Virus record (IMG/VR): IMGVR_UViG_3300049489_001336
Span: 96,001-160,000 of that record
Length of the DNA: 64,000 bases
Reading direction: 5' to 3' (one strand)
Source: a virus
In this document: piece by piece, positions 23,834 through 33,815 of the stretch
Numbering within the stretch: the stretch's first letter is position 1
Layout of the letters: each line of letters begins with the position of its first letter
The notes under the pieces: generated by a model
The model's input: the letters and a program-made list of their open reading frames with translations, nothing else
The model's database searches: none
Told to the model about the DNA's origin: nothing
Program-made: the position numbers and the translations under genes

Positions 23834-26122
23834 ATGAAAAAAATCCATAACAATCATGGCTTTCATGCAAACGCATGCCAACCGCATAGCACTATACTTC
23901 GCCTTAGCGGTGACCAACTACTTTGGTGTTTGTCACCAATCTGGCCACGCAATCGAACTGAGGCGCTAAGTCAACAAACCATCCGACAGGCCCCCACCTT
24001 ACTCCGACGTAACCGCAATCTCGTAGATGTCGGGGTATGGAAGATGGTGGACGTTGATGTGTGCCTACATGATGAAATTGGTTGGTTCATCCTCCATTGG
24101 CCCCGTGTTTTGGACACTTTTTTGAAAAGCGGAATTACTATCGACCGCGTAACCCGCTGCATACCGAGCCTCAAGACCCTGCAGACAGCCTGCAGGAACG
24201 ACCCTGCAGCGCGCTACGCGGCCTGGCGAAGCCTCCAAAGCACTTTCGACGCCCAGATGCCGCCAGGCGCCCTTTTGCGGGCTCCTATGAGCCTCACAAG
24301 CGTTTTGTCCGAGTTTTCCACAGAAAAATACGATACAGCTGGAAATCCCCAGGGGTACCTAGATGAATTTTCAGTAGTGAAATGTGGACAGTTGTCCGCT
24401 ACAGCGCACGAAGGCAATGTTTTAGACCTCGAAACACGCCTAAACCGACTGTCAGTTTTTCAACTTGTAAATTTGATGAAGATCAACCCTGTACTGCTTG
24501 ATTTGGGTCATCCCCTCATCAAGTTCTTGTACATGGCGCTCATGCGGCTACACACCACGCCAGAGCACCACGGGTGGGCCCACTGGGGTATCTTATGGAC
24601 CAAAAAAGGTCTGGTGTTCAACCCAGCCATCGCAGCAAAGCACGTGGAAGATGACCCAGCCGTGGCAGTACAACTTGGTTTGCGTACGTTCACAGATGAG
24701 CGTGCGCATGACCTCATTGCGCGCACGACAGACCCCAGCACGTTCTCGCGTAGAGACCTTGCGACGTTCCCTCCTATCGACAGCTTGATTACGAACACAC
24801 CTGCGTCGAGAGAGCACATTGCTAAGTCTATTGAGCCCCTGAAAAGCCTGTACACAAACACCGAATTAGCTGTGTATCAATCGTGCCACAAGCGAGAGTG
24901 TTTGTATTTCCCTATCGAAAGTGAAAAATCAGGGATTATTCAATATTTCAAACAACTAATACTTGTCTCCGCTGAACTCACAAAACCTGACCCTAAACTC
25001 CCTCGGGCCTTGCGGCGCTGCTTTCCCCAGTTCGCACCCAAGACTAAAAAATACATCCCAAAACACCGAGGTGTGGAGCATTCCAAACTCGATTTGGAAG
25101 ACAAAGAACGCATGAGGCCTGTCGCCCTCTGTCAGTTCAACGCTTTTGATCTCTCTTATTGGGACCCCGACCGTTCCGAAACCCTAGAAGAAGGTCTTCC
25201 TTTCCAACCTATGACTATGGAGTTCGCACAATGGGCAGGCTACCAGTACATGTCTTTTCCCGTCGAACTCGCAGAAAAGCTTCCTGAACTCAAAGAGCCT
25301 GTTCTGCTCAAAGACACGGTAATCAGCGCTAATTTAGGTTGGCAGGAATACCCTACGTCTGTAGGAACGGGCGTCGAGCACATTGTTTTGCGCATCAATG
25401 ATGATGTTCTGACAGTTAAAAGCCCTCTCAATACCGTAGAAATTAACTACGGTAAACAAGAGCGGCGCCCCGATCGTTCTCCCAATACGTTCAAGCCCAA
25501 AGTAGGGATTGGGTACTTTATTCATCCTACCTTATTTGTACCAAATGGGCCGGCACACCTTCTACTGGACGCCATCAAGGACAACCGGCCAGGTATCAGT
25601 ATTGCTACAAAGAATCTCATAGAGGCTTTTCAAGTTCTTTGTCGCTGGATTTATAGCCCAGAACTATGCACAGGCATGATCTCGGGAGAACTCGAAGCCG
25701 CACTAAGCCCTGAGAGTCCAGTTATCCTAGACACCCCCAGTGCCCGGCTAAAGTTTTTGCAAGAAAGAGCCACCCGTTCTCGTTATCATGTGCCTCCCCA
25801 TGAAAGTGAGCTCGGCGCCAAAGGTCAACGCTCCAAACAAATGGTCGACTACGACCGGTTTTTGTATTGGTACGTCGCCAAATACGAGCTGGCTGTTCTG
25901 TGGGAAACCAAAAAATGGGCTTTCTGCAAAGAAGACCAGGCCCAGTACATCTGCAAACGCTGGATGCGTTGGCGCCGCGAACTCGCAAGCATGCCGCACC
26001 TGGTGGATCCTTATCCTGGGATTTCTCGCAGGGACGTGAAGGGCTTGATTAGTTACAACGACTGGAACAAGCTCCTTACTACCGCCAATAAGATGTTTGG
26101 CCGCTCCCCGATGGAGCTCTGA
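23834..26122 (+). CDS. large orphan protein (762 aa; start uncertain)
   Basis: Long ORF opposite to its neighbours; no motif recognised. Confidence 0.75.
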   Translation: MKKIHNNHGFHANACQPHSTILRLSGDQLLWCLSPIWPRNRTEALSQQTIRQAPTLLRRNRNLVDVGVWKMVDVDVCLHDEIGWFILHWPRVLDTFLKSGITIDRVTRCIPSLKTLQTACRNDPAARYAAWRSLQSTFDAQMPPGALLRAPMSLTSVLSEFSTEKYDTAGNPQGYLDEFSVVKCGQLSATAHEGNVLDLETRLNRLSVFQLVNLMKINPVLLDLGHPLIKFLYMALMRLHTTPEHHGWAHWGILWTKKGLVFNPAIAAKHVEDDPAVAVQLGLRTFTDERAHDLIARTTDPSTFSRRDLATFPPIDSLITNTPASREHIAKSIEPLKSLYTNTELAVYQSCHKRECLYFPIESEKSGIIQYFKQLILVSAELTKPDPKLPRALRRCFPQFAPKTKKYIPKHRGVEHSKLDLEDKERMRPVALCQFNAFDLSYWDPDRSETLEEGLPFQPMTMEFAQWAGYQYMSFPVELAEKLPELKEPVLLKDTVISANLGWQEYPTSVGTGVEHIVLRINDDVLTVKSPLNTVEINYGKQERRPDRSPNTFKPKVGIGYFIHPTLFVPNGPAHLLLDAIKDNRPGISIATKNLIEAFQVLCRWIYSPELCTGMISGELEAALSPESPVILDTPSARLKFLQERATRSRYHVPPHESELGAKGQRSKQMVDYDRFLYWYVAKYELAVLWETKKWAFCKEDQAQYICKRWMRWRRELASMPHLVDPYPGISRRDVKGLISYNDWNKLLTTANKMFGRSPMEL

Positions 26123-26227
26123 CACAAGATATTGACACGCACACTGCCGTGGAGTAGTGTTTTAAGGCTGCGTCGTGTGGTCGTGCACGTCTGTTGGTAA
26201 TGGTGGACTCCGAGGGTGTTGGCAAGC

Positions 26228-26274
26228 ACTCTCGGAGTTTTTATTTTTGAGCTAAAAAAGAGCACTAGGCTCTC
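26228..26274. terminator. bidirectional terminator between convergent units
   Basis: Plus strand: ACTC-TCG-GAGT-T5. Minus strand: GAGAGC-CTAGT-GCTCT-TTTTTAGC. Confidence 0.65.
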
Positions 26275-26762
26275 ACAATACACTGCTGGTCATTTAATTT
26301 AACTTTGACTTGAACAGCCTTGGTCTTCTTGGCCGGGCTGTCCAAGTACAAGATGCTGTGGCAAGTACGTTCGATGTCGTCGAAGTCAGTGATATAATAA
26401 TCGACTAACCTCTCCGTCTTGTAACATCGATAAATCACTGAAATCACCTTTGGGAAACCTACCCACAAAGACCCGTGAGTCACGTTGTGGGTTGCACTAA
26501 CTACACTGTGTAGAGTCCACCAAAAATGGCGGTTTCTTTTCAGCATACCTTGTTCTGGGTGCTCATATTTTATAGAGAGGTTGTTGTACGTTGAATGTCT
26601 CTTAACGTACCAGGTAAGCCCCAAAGGCGCATAGCAATAAGGCAGCCATGTGATTAGATATGGTTTATAATTAGAGTCTAATACGTGGCCGCTTTGTATT
26701 TCCCAAACGTAATCCACGCGCCTTCCCAATAATTCCGGCAATGCACGCTCATTAATGTACAT
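26265..26762 (-). CDS. tandem array family A member
   Basis: LLGRRVDYVWE...FW...HGSLWV...VISVIY...DYYITD...VKVKL. Confidence 0.75.
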   Translation of the reverse strand: MYINERALPELLGRRVDYVWEIQSGHVLDSNYKPYLITWLPYCYAPLGLTWYVKRHSTYNNLSIKYEHPEQGMLKRNRHFWWTLHSVVSATHNVTHGSLWVGFPKVISVIYRCYKTERLVDYYITDFDDIERTCHSILYLDSPAKKTKAVQVKVKLNDQQCIVRA

Positions 26763-26767
26763 ATGCT

Positions 26768-27295
26768 TTACGCCTTGACGATGCGTCGATCATCATCGAG
26801 TTTAACTTTGACTTGGGGTTCGATGCCTTGGTTGTCTAATGCCAAAGGGCTAAGGCTCTCAGCCAAATAGCTACTGTTAAAATTGTAGCTATAATAATCG
26901 GTATAGTTGGTTTTAACCGAGGAATCATAGCGGTATAGCACTGCTATAATCCGAGGGAAGTCTACCCACAAAGAAACGGACTGAACGCCTAGTGTATAGC
27001 GGGTAAGCCGTGCTAAATTTAACCAAAAGTATTTGTTTTTAGCCCTAGTTTGTAGGTTAAATGTCCCTAACCTAACGTAAGGTTTACGAATGCTATCCGT
27101 ATTCGTAGTTGTACGACTCAAAGAATGACGTTCAACGTCGTATGTCAGGCCGTTTTGGTTGTAGTAAATAGGTAACCACGTCGAGTGTTCAGGGAACACG
27201 TAAGGGATATTGTCAGTAGCAGGCCCTGGTAATTCCCAGACATTAAGCACTCTTCGTCCAAGCAGAGACTTCACGACGTTGGCGTTGACGTACAT
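26768..27295 (-). CDS. tandem array family A member
   Basis: LLGRRVLNVWE...FW...VSLWV...IIAVLY...DYY...VKVKLD. Confidence 0.75.
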   Translation of the reverse strand: MYVNANVVKSLLGRRVLNVWELPGPATDNIPYVFPEHSTWLPIYYNQNGLTYDVERHSLSRTTTNTDSIRKPYVRLGTFNLQTRAKNKYFWLNLARLTRYTLGVQSVSLWVDFPRIIAVLYRYDSSVKTNYTDYYSYNFNSSYLAESLSPLALDNQGIEPQVKVKLDDDRRIVKA

Positions 27296-27786
27296 ATACG
27301 TTTGTCCTTATCAAGGAAAATGCGGACAGCTTTAAAATCAGACCATAAAACGAACCCAATATACCCATTACAAAGATTATGTGTGTCTAAATCACTTATG
27401 TAGTAGTCAACACCAAGCTTGGTATTTACCACCGTAATGCTCTTGTGGTTGTCTAAAAACCACAAAGTGATGTGTCTTGTATACCCGCGTGCGGCTACGC
27501 GCGATAAAAACAGCCAAAAGTCTTCGTAAAAGGCACGGGTGTCTGCATCAAGATCTCTGTGATTTTGATGTATGCACTTGTTATTGCGCCTCCATACGTG
27601 TCTTTTATCAGTGTAAAAACTGACTCTATTGTTGTAGTACAGCTGCGTAGGCACTCCTGTAGTGCTGGTAGGCCAGGGTTCGTGATCTACGATGACGTAA
27701 TTACGCGCATGTTCGATGTCTAGCTCCCATACATGACAAAGTTTACGCCCTAGGACGTACAACAAAAGGTCTTTACTTACGAACAT
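27271..27786 (-). CDS. tandem array family A member
   Basis: VLGRKLCHVWE...FW...HITLW...DYYISD...VRIFLD. Confidence 0.75.
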   Translation of the reverse strand: MFVSKDLLLYVLGRKLCHVWELDIEHARNYVIVDHEPWPTSTTGVPTQLYYNNRVSFYTDKRHVWRRNNKCIHQNHRDLDADTRAFYEDFWLFLSRVAARGYTRHITLWFLDNHKSITVVNTKLGVDYYISDLDTHNLCNGYIGFVLWSDFKAVRIFLDKDKRICTSTPTS

Positions 27787-28267
27787 ACGGTAGGTCTTTA
27801 TTGTTTACGTACGTTACTTCGTCTATCGGCGGGCGGGACTCAGTGTATTCACTGCAGATAAACCTGTTGCACTCTCCAAAGGTCTTAAAGTCAGTGATAT
27901 AATAATCGTAACAACCACTACACCTAAACACCGCCACTACTTTGTAATTCGCAAAGACCCACAACGAGATATGCTGAATATAACGTTCACGTGTAACGTT
28001 TGTTAAAAAGAACCAGAAGTTCTCACTGAACTTCTTGAACCGCTCTGATTTACCCTCTAATGACTCTCTGTAATTAACATCAGTTCGATCCTTATAAACA
28101 CTGATTCGCGTATTACTGTTAATGCAACTAGGCACTATTGACGTGCTTGTAGGCCATGCGCAATACGCTGCAAACGTATTATCTAGACAGAACTGGGCGT
28201 CGAGTTCCCATACGGCAATAAGCGTACGTACATCGACAGCCTTTAAAACGTTGGACGGTATTCGCAT
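27773..28267 (-). CDS. tandem array family A member
   Basis: MRIP...AVWE...FW...HISLWV...DYYITD. Confidence 0.75.
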   Translation of the reverse strand: MRIPSNVLKAVDVRTLIAVWELDAQFCLDNTFAAYCAWPTSTSIVPSCINSNTRISVYKDRTDVNYRESLEGKSERFKKFSENFWFFLTNVTRERYIQHISLWVFANYKVVAVFRCSGCYDYYITDFKTFGECNRFICSEYTESRPPIDEVTYVNNKDLPYVRK

Positions 28268-28743
28268 ACTTTGCCTTGGTCGTCTAATTGAATGCGCGCA
28301 TACCCTGGTGCTCGTAATACTGCACCTCTAAATAGCAGATAATGATTATTAAAACGCGTCCCATGGACGTGAGAATAGTAATAATCTACGTAGGTAGTAT
28401 GGCTTGAGCGCTGATGAAACACGGAAATGACGCTTAACCCAAAAACCCATAACGTGACGTGGTTGTTTGACACGGTTATCAAACCGCGGAGTCGTTCGTA
28501 GAACGAGATACGTGATTCTCGGTTTTCGTCATAGTCGCCCTCTTTTAATATATCCCTATTACGCCGTTGCCCCTTTCGAACGCTGTAGCTTTGAACTTTC
28601 CAGGGGGACAGTAAAGGGTTGCCTGTAAAAATCGTCCAAGTAAGGCCGTGTTTCTTTATGTCTACAAAAAAAGAATCTATCTCATGGGTATAATCTAATT
28701 GAAGCCCGTTTATTCGCTCGAAGACAACTTGGGGGACATACAT
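28243..28743 (-). CDS. tandem array family A member
   Basis: MYVP...HVTLWV...VISVF...DYY...ARIQLD. Confidence 0.75.
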   Translation of the reverse strand: MYVPQVVFERINGLQLDYTHEIDSFFVDIKKHGLTWTIFTGNPLLSPWKVQSYSVRKGQRRNRDILKEGDYDENRESRISFYERLRGLITVSNNHVTLWVFGLSVISVFHQRSSHTTYVDYYYSHVHGTRFNNHYLLFRGAVLRAPGYARIQLDDQGKVCEYRPTF

Positions 28744-29213
28744 AGGATTCCCTCTTTATTGAGAAAAATAGAACAAAAAGATTCGTGATTAGCTACGTCC
28801 TGATACAACGCATTGTGATTAATGAAATCAGTAGGATGGACATGGGCGTAATAGTATTCAGTGTGCTCTACGTGATAGATCACCGAAATGACGTGGTAGT
28901 TGAACATCCACAATGACACGTGCTGCGTACTGTACATAACAAAGGACGACAGGCGTGTGTAAAACTCCGCGTACATTTGCCATTCTGAGTTTGCTTTTTC
29001 GAATTTATTTTTACCCTTTTTTAAGCTGAAAGTACGCACTATCCAGGGCACTAAAACAGCGCGCGCAGGATTGGTCCATGTGGCTTTGCGTGCTAATCCA
29101 CGAAAGTGGGCGGGTTCCATTTCAAAGACGCAATCTAATTTATTGCCCACAATGGCTTGGGCTACGCGATATGGGACGCGCATATTAGGCCTTACAAATG
29201 ATGTGGTTTTCAT
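28710..29213 (-). CDS. tandem array family A member (start likely MRVPYR)
   Basis: HVSLWM...VISVIY...EYY. Confidence 0.75.
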   Translation of the reverse strand: MKTTSFVRPNMRVPYRVAQAIVGNKLDCVFEMEPAHFRGLARKATWTNPARAVLVPWIVRTFSLKKGKNKFEKANSEWQMYAEFYTRLSSFVMYSTQHVSLWMFNYHVISVIYHVEHTEYYYAHVHPTDFINHNALYQDVANHESFCSIFLNKEGILCMSPKLSSSE

Positions 29214-29655
29214 TGAGGCGAATCTTCACGTGATCTCTCCAATAAACGGGTTCGTAAATTCCCAGGTAACCCGTGACGTGCTCCCGTTGCAACGTGTAAA
29301 AACAATGCCAGTACATGATTGACCCACTGGCGACGTGCAGTGCAAACACGTGCTCTTCGCGAGAGAGCTCTAAAAGAGTACAGTGGTAGGAGTCCATTGC
29401 TTGCCATTTGGTCTGCATCTGGGACCATAGGTGCGAATTATTGGCGATGTTAAGCAAGGTGGTGGTGTACGTGCCATACCCTTTGCCTATACAAATACAT
29501 TCGCATTTTTTGTGCGGAGGCACAGTGGCGCGTACAACCATCGCGCTGTGTATGGTAACGCGTTGCGTATTGAACCGTACCGCGTCGTGGATTTCGTAAC
29601 AGTTGTAGAGCTTCCGCCGTAGCAGTACATCGGCGACTGCTTTAGGTACGCGCAT
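29185..29655 (-). CDS. tandem array family A member
   Basis: MRVP...LLRRKL..CYE...VKIRLN. Confidence 0.7.
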   Translation of the reverse strand: MRVPKAVADVLLRRKLYNCYEIHDAVRFNTQRVTIHSAMVVRATVPPHKKCECICIGKGYGTYTTTLLNIANNSHLWSQMQTKWQAMDSYHCTLLELSREEHVFALHVASGSIMYWHCFYTLQREHVTGYLGIYEPVYWRDHVKIRLNENHIICKA

Positions 29656-30120
29656 TTACCACCTTATAACAATGTGCCTGTTTACCCCTTTTACCAGATA
29701 GAGCGCCTCAGTATTCGTGTATACGAATTTACTGGCGATGTATTCGTGATTAGGTTTGTAATAAGCGCCTGTCTCGTTGAATTTAGACAGGTAATAGTTA
29801 ACTCCGCCTTCGTTGCGCGTTAGTACAGTAATTACCCAACCGCCGTCCAACAGCCATAAACTACTGCTTGTAGCGTATTCACCCGTATAGAGATTTCTTA
29901 GAGTTTGCCAGAACGGAGCATCTACTTGGATAGAATCATCCCAGACCGCCTTGCCTTTATTAAGCGAAAAACGCAAGGCGTGCAGGACAGGATGCAGTCC
30001 TTGTGTATTATTTACAAAATTTATATGCTTGGTGGATGTGAAAGGCTGTCCACTAAACTCAAGGCAACTCAAGAGGCAACGCCCGTAGAGTTTGTGAGCG
30101 ACTTTACGAGGGACGTACAC
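29656..30120 (-). CDS. tandem array family A member
   Basis: MYVP...FW...SLWL...VITV...NYY. Confidence 0.72.
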   Translation of the reverse strand: MYVPRKVAHKLYGRCLLSCLEFSGQPFTSTKHINFVNNTQGLHPVLHALRFSLNKGKAVWDDSIQVDAPFWQTLRNLYTGEYATSSSLWLLDGGWVITVLTRNEGGVNYYLSKFNETGAYYKPNHEYIASKFVYTNTEALYLVKGVNRHIVIRW

Positions 30121-30562
30121 AGTACACTACTCCGTCTTTATTGAGTCGCACTAGACACTGGGATTTGTGCTTTGTATTGTCAAACAATCGGTCCCAGTAG
30201 GAGGCTACCTTATCATGCACCGGAAATGCGTCGTTGAAATCGCAGTAGTAATACTTACGAAGGCGTTGATTGTCTTTGTTTATATACGTGACCTCGTACA
30301 ACACCAAATTATGCGCAAACAACCACATGCTAACATTCTTGGCGCTAATGCCTGTACTATTCACAAATAGGTGCTGATAAAACAGACCCATATCAAACGT
30401 ATTAGTCCTTATTTTAAATTCTCTATGATTAACCGAAATACGCTTGTAATTAGTAGCGATGCCCTTAGCAAGGCATGCGGCTTCGGATAACCACTTAAAG
30501 TCCATGGCGCATTCAAGGCGCTTGCCTTCGATGAGTTCCCCTACTTCGTTAGGGACGTACAC
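30104..30562 (-). CDS. tandem array family A member
   Basis: MYVP...NVSMWL...KYYYCD...LVRLN. Confidence 0.72.
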   Translation of the reverse strand: MYVPNEVGELIEGKRLECAMDFKWLSEAACLAKGIATNYKRISVNHREFKIRTNTFDMGLFYQHLFVNSTGISAKNVSMWLFAHNLVLYEVTYINKDNQRLRKYYYCDFNDAFPVHDKVASYWDRLFDNTKHKSQCLVRLNKDGVVYCVRPS

Positions 30563-31046
30563 AGGTTAATTCTCCTGTTTGAGGGTCGTGTTTTAAGTAA
30601 ATGCCTGAATGCTCCAAAGAACTTATTTTACCCAAAAACTGATGATTCGTGAAATTGGTTTCATCAAATATTGTTTGGTAGAAATGATGAATAAGAGGGT
30701 GTTCATGCTCCACGTGCAGAACCGAGGTGTAAATTGTAATGATTGTTTTGAAATTACAAAATAGAAAAGTCATTAAATCGGCATGATCTCGTTTAAAGAA
30801 TATACGTATATGCTCTGCTATATTATCTATTAGGACACAGTGGCGGTCATTAGGGATGACACCCCTTACTTTTGTATAATCAGATTTGCGTAATAAAGAC
30901 TCAACGCTTTTACCTTCAACAAAGCCTGATTGTAAAAACGCCCTAGTCAAACTCCGATTGACTTCAGGACCTGTCATCATAGCTATACGCTTTACCTTTA
31001 GCCCCGGTATTATATGAGCGACTTCAATGGGGATTAACAGAGACAA
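30549..31046 (-). CDS. tandem array family A member (divergent)
   Basis: LIP...IPG...MTFLF...IITIY...CVRP. Confidence 0.65.
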   Translation of the reverse strand: MSLLIPIEVAHIIPGLKVKRIAMMTGPEVNRSLTRAFLQSGFVEGKSVESLLRKSDYTKVRGVIPNDRHCVLIDNIAEHIRIFFKRDHADLMTFLFCNFKTIITIYTSVLHVEHEHPLIHHFYQTIFDETNFTNHQFLGKISSLEHSGIYLKHDPQTGELTCVRP

Positions 31047-31543
31047 ATGACACCTTCTTCATCCAGTTTAATACGAACTAATCCTGCTCGCGGTCTGTCA
31101 CTACACGCGGATCCGTGGTTAATGCCTAGTCTCGGATTAGTAAGATAAAATGTTTTTGTGACCCATCCACTTTCTTGAAGAGGTCTGTAGTGATAAATAG
31201 ACACAATACGGGTAGACTTTAATACCCACAATGTGACATTTACAATCGCTTTATTATTGGAAATGTTTATAACACTCGCCCAAAAGTCCTGGCTGTGTTC
31301 GTACGCTTGTGAACGGTCCGATAACCTTGGTCTGGTAAGGCCCTTACGTACAGACCGAACCCTGTAAGGAAAAGAACTTCGAATGATAAAGTCATCGGGA
31401 CAAGGGTCCAGGTCTTTTAGTAGCTCTGGTTTAACCATTTCTATGCAGCAAATGATCGTGTCACCGCTAATCTTTTTTGCGAGGAATCTAGGAATCCACA
31501 TCGAACTTAGCCATTTCAAATTTAATACTTTCCTGAAAAACAC
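31034..31543 (-). CDS. tandem array family A member (start likely MWIPRF)
   Basis: CCIE...DFW...NVTLWV...IVSIY...VRIKLD. Confidence 0.72.
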   Translation of the reverse strand: MFFRKVLNLKWLSSMWIPRFLAKKISGDTIICCIEMVKPELLKDLDPCPDDFIIRSSFPYRVRSVRKGLTRPRLSDRSQAYEHSQDFWASVINISNNKAIVNVTLWVLKSTRIVSIYHYRPLQESGWVTKTFYLTNPRLGINHGSACSDRPRAGLVRIKLDEEGVICLC

Positions 31544-31967
31544 TAGCTTTAACTATTCGTATATGTAACGTATCTGTAAGAAAACCTACGTGAGAAAGAA
31601 GCATCCACCCTGAATAATCATCAAAAATGTAACAAGCCATGTGAACTAGTCCTAATTCACTACGCCGTATATCGATGTAATTAATCCAATCGTCGAGCAA
31701 TCGATGTATAAGCACCCTAGCTACACCCTTTTGTATTCTAATGGCACCTTTGTTAGAGATCCGCGTGACATAGGCATATTCAAGCCACTCGTTACACGTA
31801 ATCGAATGCGGGTTTTTGAGGTTGAGCGGGTATCTAGTAAGATTGACCCAGCTAGTCGGGCTACTCAGCTCTAACTGATATTTTAAACTTTTACCCCTTG
31901 TTTCCTTTTTTATTTTCGTTAGTGCTTTGCTGTAAAGACGAGGAGCAACCTTGATATACGTTGTCAT
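31488..31967 (-). CDS. tandem array family B-related member
   Basis: CYIFDDYSGWMLL. Confidence 0.65.
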   Translation of the reverse strand: MTTYIKVAPRLYSKALTKIKKETRGKSLKYQLELSSPTSWVNLTRYPLNLKNPHSITCNEWLEYAYVTRISNKGAIRIQKGVARVLIHRLLDDWINYIDIRRSELGLVHMACYIFDDYSGWMLLSHVGFLTDTLHIRIVKASVFQESIKFEMAKFDVDS

Positions 31968-32389
31968 ACGTGCTCACACAAAATCACTGAAGCGTCAGCT
32001 CGACATTCAATGCTGTAGTACTCTAACGCCCCGTCATGTCTATAAAACAAAACCCAACCCGTAAAATCAGAGTACACAAAAACCGACGCTGTATCGAAAG
32101 GTACAACACTATTACGCGTGCGTATTCTTATTTTAGCGATTAATGCTCGCTCGTTACGTATACTATTCGAATACGCAGACGCCAGACATCGGCCTCTAGG
32201 AAAAGAAATATTACGTTGATCTAATGTTAAAGCAGGATACCCTGGCGAAAGACTCTCAGGTTTAAATACGTTTCCTGTTAGCCTGTAGTACGGATAGACT
32301 TTGCTAGGTAACACGAAGTGATAGAGTAATTCCTCTTTTCTTCGTTGATACTCTTCGCGTAATTGTTTAAAAAGGTAGTCTTTGGTCAT
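31964..32389 (-). CDS. tandem array family B member
   Basis: EEYQRRKEELLYHFVLP...VYSDFTGWVLF. Confidence 0.75.
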   Translation of the reverse strand: MTKDYLFKQLREEYQRRKEELLYHFVLPSKVYPYYRLTGNVFKPESLSPGYPALTLDQRNISFPRGRCLASAYSNSIRNERALIAKIRIRTRNSVVPFDTASVFVYSDFTGWVLFYRHDGALEYYSIECRADASVILCEHV

Positions 32390-32807
32390 GATACGCGACT
32401 AAGCACAGGCTACTCGAATGCCACTCAAAGGCGTAGTAAGCAGTATCGCCTTGGTTAAGGCTAAACAAAACCCAACCGGTATAGTCACGGTAAACATAAA
32501 CGTTAACACACAGAATGTCTGTAGGGGTATTCCGGATTTTTTCGCGTACTCGCGCTAAGAGTACATGGTCATTTTGTACCGGGTCTAGCGATACACGGTT
32601 ACCGTATCTAGACTTTGGAAAAGATAAACTTCTTTTTTCAAGAGTATTTAATGGGTATTTGTGTGAGAGGCACGGTACGTCATCGTACGCGTTGTTTACT
32701 CCACCGTATATAAAATACCTAGGCGGCAAAACGAAGTAATAAAGCAGTTCCTCCTTTCTACGTTGATACTCTTCTTTAATCTGTTTACGTAGTAGCGACT
32801 CGTCCAT
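32367..32807 (-). CDS. tandem array family B member
   Basis: EEYQRRKEELLYYFVLP...VYRDYTGWVLF. Confidence 0.75.
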   Translation of the reverse strand: MDESLLRKQIKEEYQRRKEELLYYFVLPPRYFIYGGVNNAYDDVPCLSHKYPLNTLEKRSLSFPKSRYGNRVSLDPVQNDHVLLARVREKIRNTPTDILCVNVYVYRDYTGWVLFSLNQGDTAYYAFEWHSSSLCLVAYHDQRLPF

Positions 32808-33270
32808 ACTGTCTCTTTAGCTTTTTTACGCTTTCATGCCGATGCCGCAGTGTGTATCTATTATCGCGTACTACGCGGTGTACGCTGATATTAAACACGT
32901 CATTATACGTGTAGTGAATAACGACGTAGCCCTCTAAAGTATCCGTCAAATACATTGACACATGCTTTAGGCCAATACCATTCCCTCTATAATTATCGTA
33001 GATATTGTACGTCGTGTGAAAGAACTTATCGAAGAGATCATCGCCGCCTTGCCTTTTAAAGCGAACACAACGCATCGCTGAAGGGTGCCGAGGTATCCGT
33101 TTGTAATAAGACAGCACTCGATACATTGGGTAGTTCGTACCAAGACTCGCTAGGTCTTTGGTAATACAACGCCCTGTAAACCATTTAGCGCGGCACAGGA
33201 TGCTAAAAGCTTCTGGATCGAGTTCGATGACGCGTACGTAGATAAGAAATCCAAGAAGGCTTGGGATTAT
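32785..33270 (-). CDS. family A-like member; frame open to 33270 with no ATG/GTG/TTG before 33126
   Basis: Upstream extension reads IIPSLLGFLIYVRVIELD, matching the family N-terminus; HVSMYL further on. Confidence 0.55.
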   Translation of the reverse strand: MIPSLLGFLIYVRVIELDPEAFSILCRAKWFTGRCITKDLASLGTNYPMYRVLSYYKRIPRHPSAMRCVRFKRQGGDDLFDKFFHTTYNIYDNYRGNGIGLKHVSMYLTDTLEGYVVIHYTYNDVFNISVHRVVRDNRYTLRHRHESVKKLKRQYGRVATT

Positions 33271-33815
33271 TCATGTGTTTCTATATGTAAAGGAAACTTA
33301 TAAAAGCACTCAATGTCCGTATCAGAACCTCGTCGAGTGCTCCAACAAGCCGCGTATGTAGTCGCCATACGCGTATTGTCGAAGTAAGTGACATCGGTGT
33401 AGATGGCTTCTATGACTGCGAAGCTGCCTGAACTGCCTCCTTCAAAGACGTGCACGCGGCAGTAATCAAAGTTATCGCTACGTGCTGCGTGAAGGATGCG
33501 ATCAACCTCACGCATTAAAATGTTGTTGTGCGCAGCCGCAAGACGCCTAACCCTACCCTTGAGAACGTTATAAATATCTACGTCGGCTAGTTCAGGAATT
33601 ACAGTACGAGCTAGCGTCAGATTGCGAACAGGCTTTTCTCCTTTTCTGTAATTTTTGTATTCAATAAAGGTGAGATCCGCGTCGGCAATGCTATTCGCAG
33701 CCCACGCATCCTTATAAAGATGAATGCTGCTCGTGATATAGTTTTCAATCGTAAACAAGCGCTTCTTGATTTTTAGTAATGCGCGTAAGGGACTGTTATT
33801 GTCATAGCGTATCAT
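33267..33815 (-). CDS. tandem array divergent member
   Basis: Similar size; CRVHVFE-GG-hairpin. Confidence 0.65.
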   Translation of the reverse strand: MIRYDNNSPLRALLKIKKRLFTIENYITSSIHLYKDAWAANSIADADLTFIEYKNYRKGEKPVRNLTLARTVIPELADVDIYNVLKGRVRRLAAAHNNILMREVDRILHAARSDNFDYCRVHVFEGGSSGSFAVIEAIYTDVTYFDNTRMATTYAACWSTRRGSDTDIECFYKFPLHIETHE

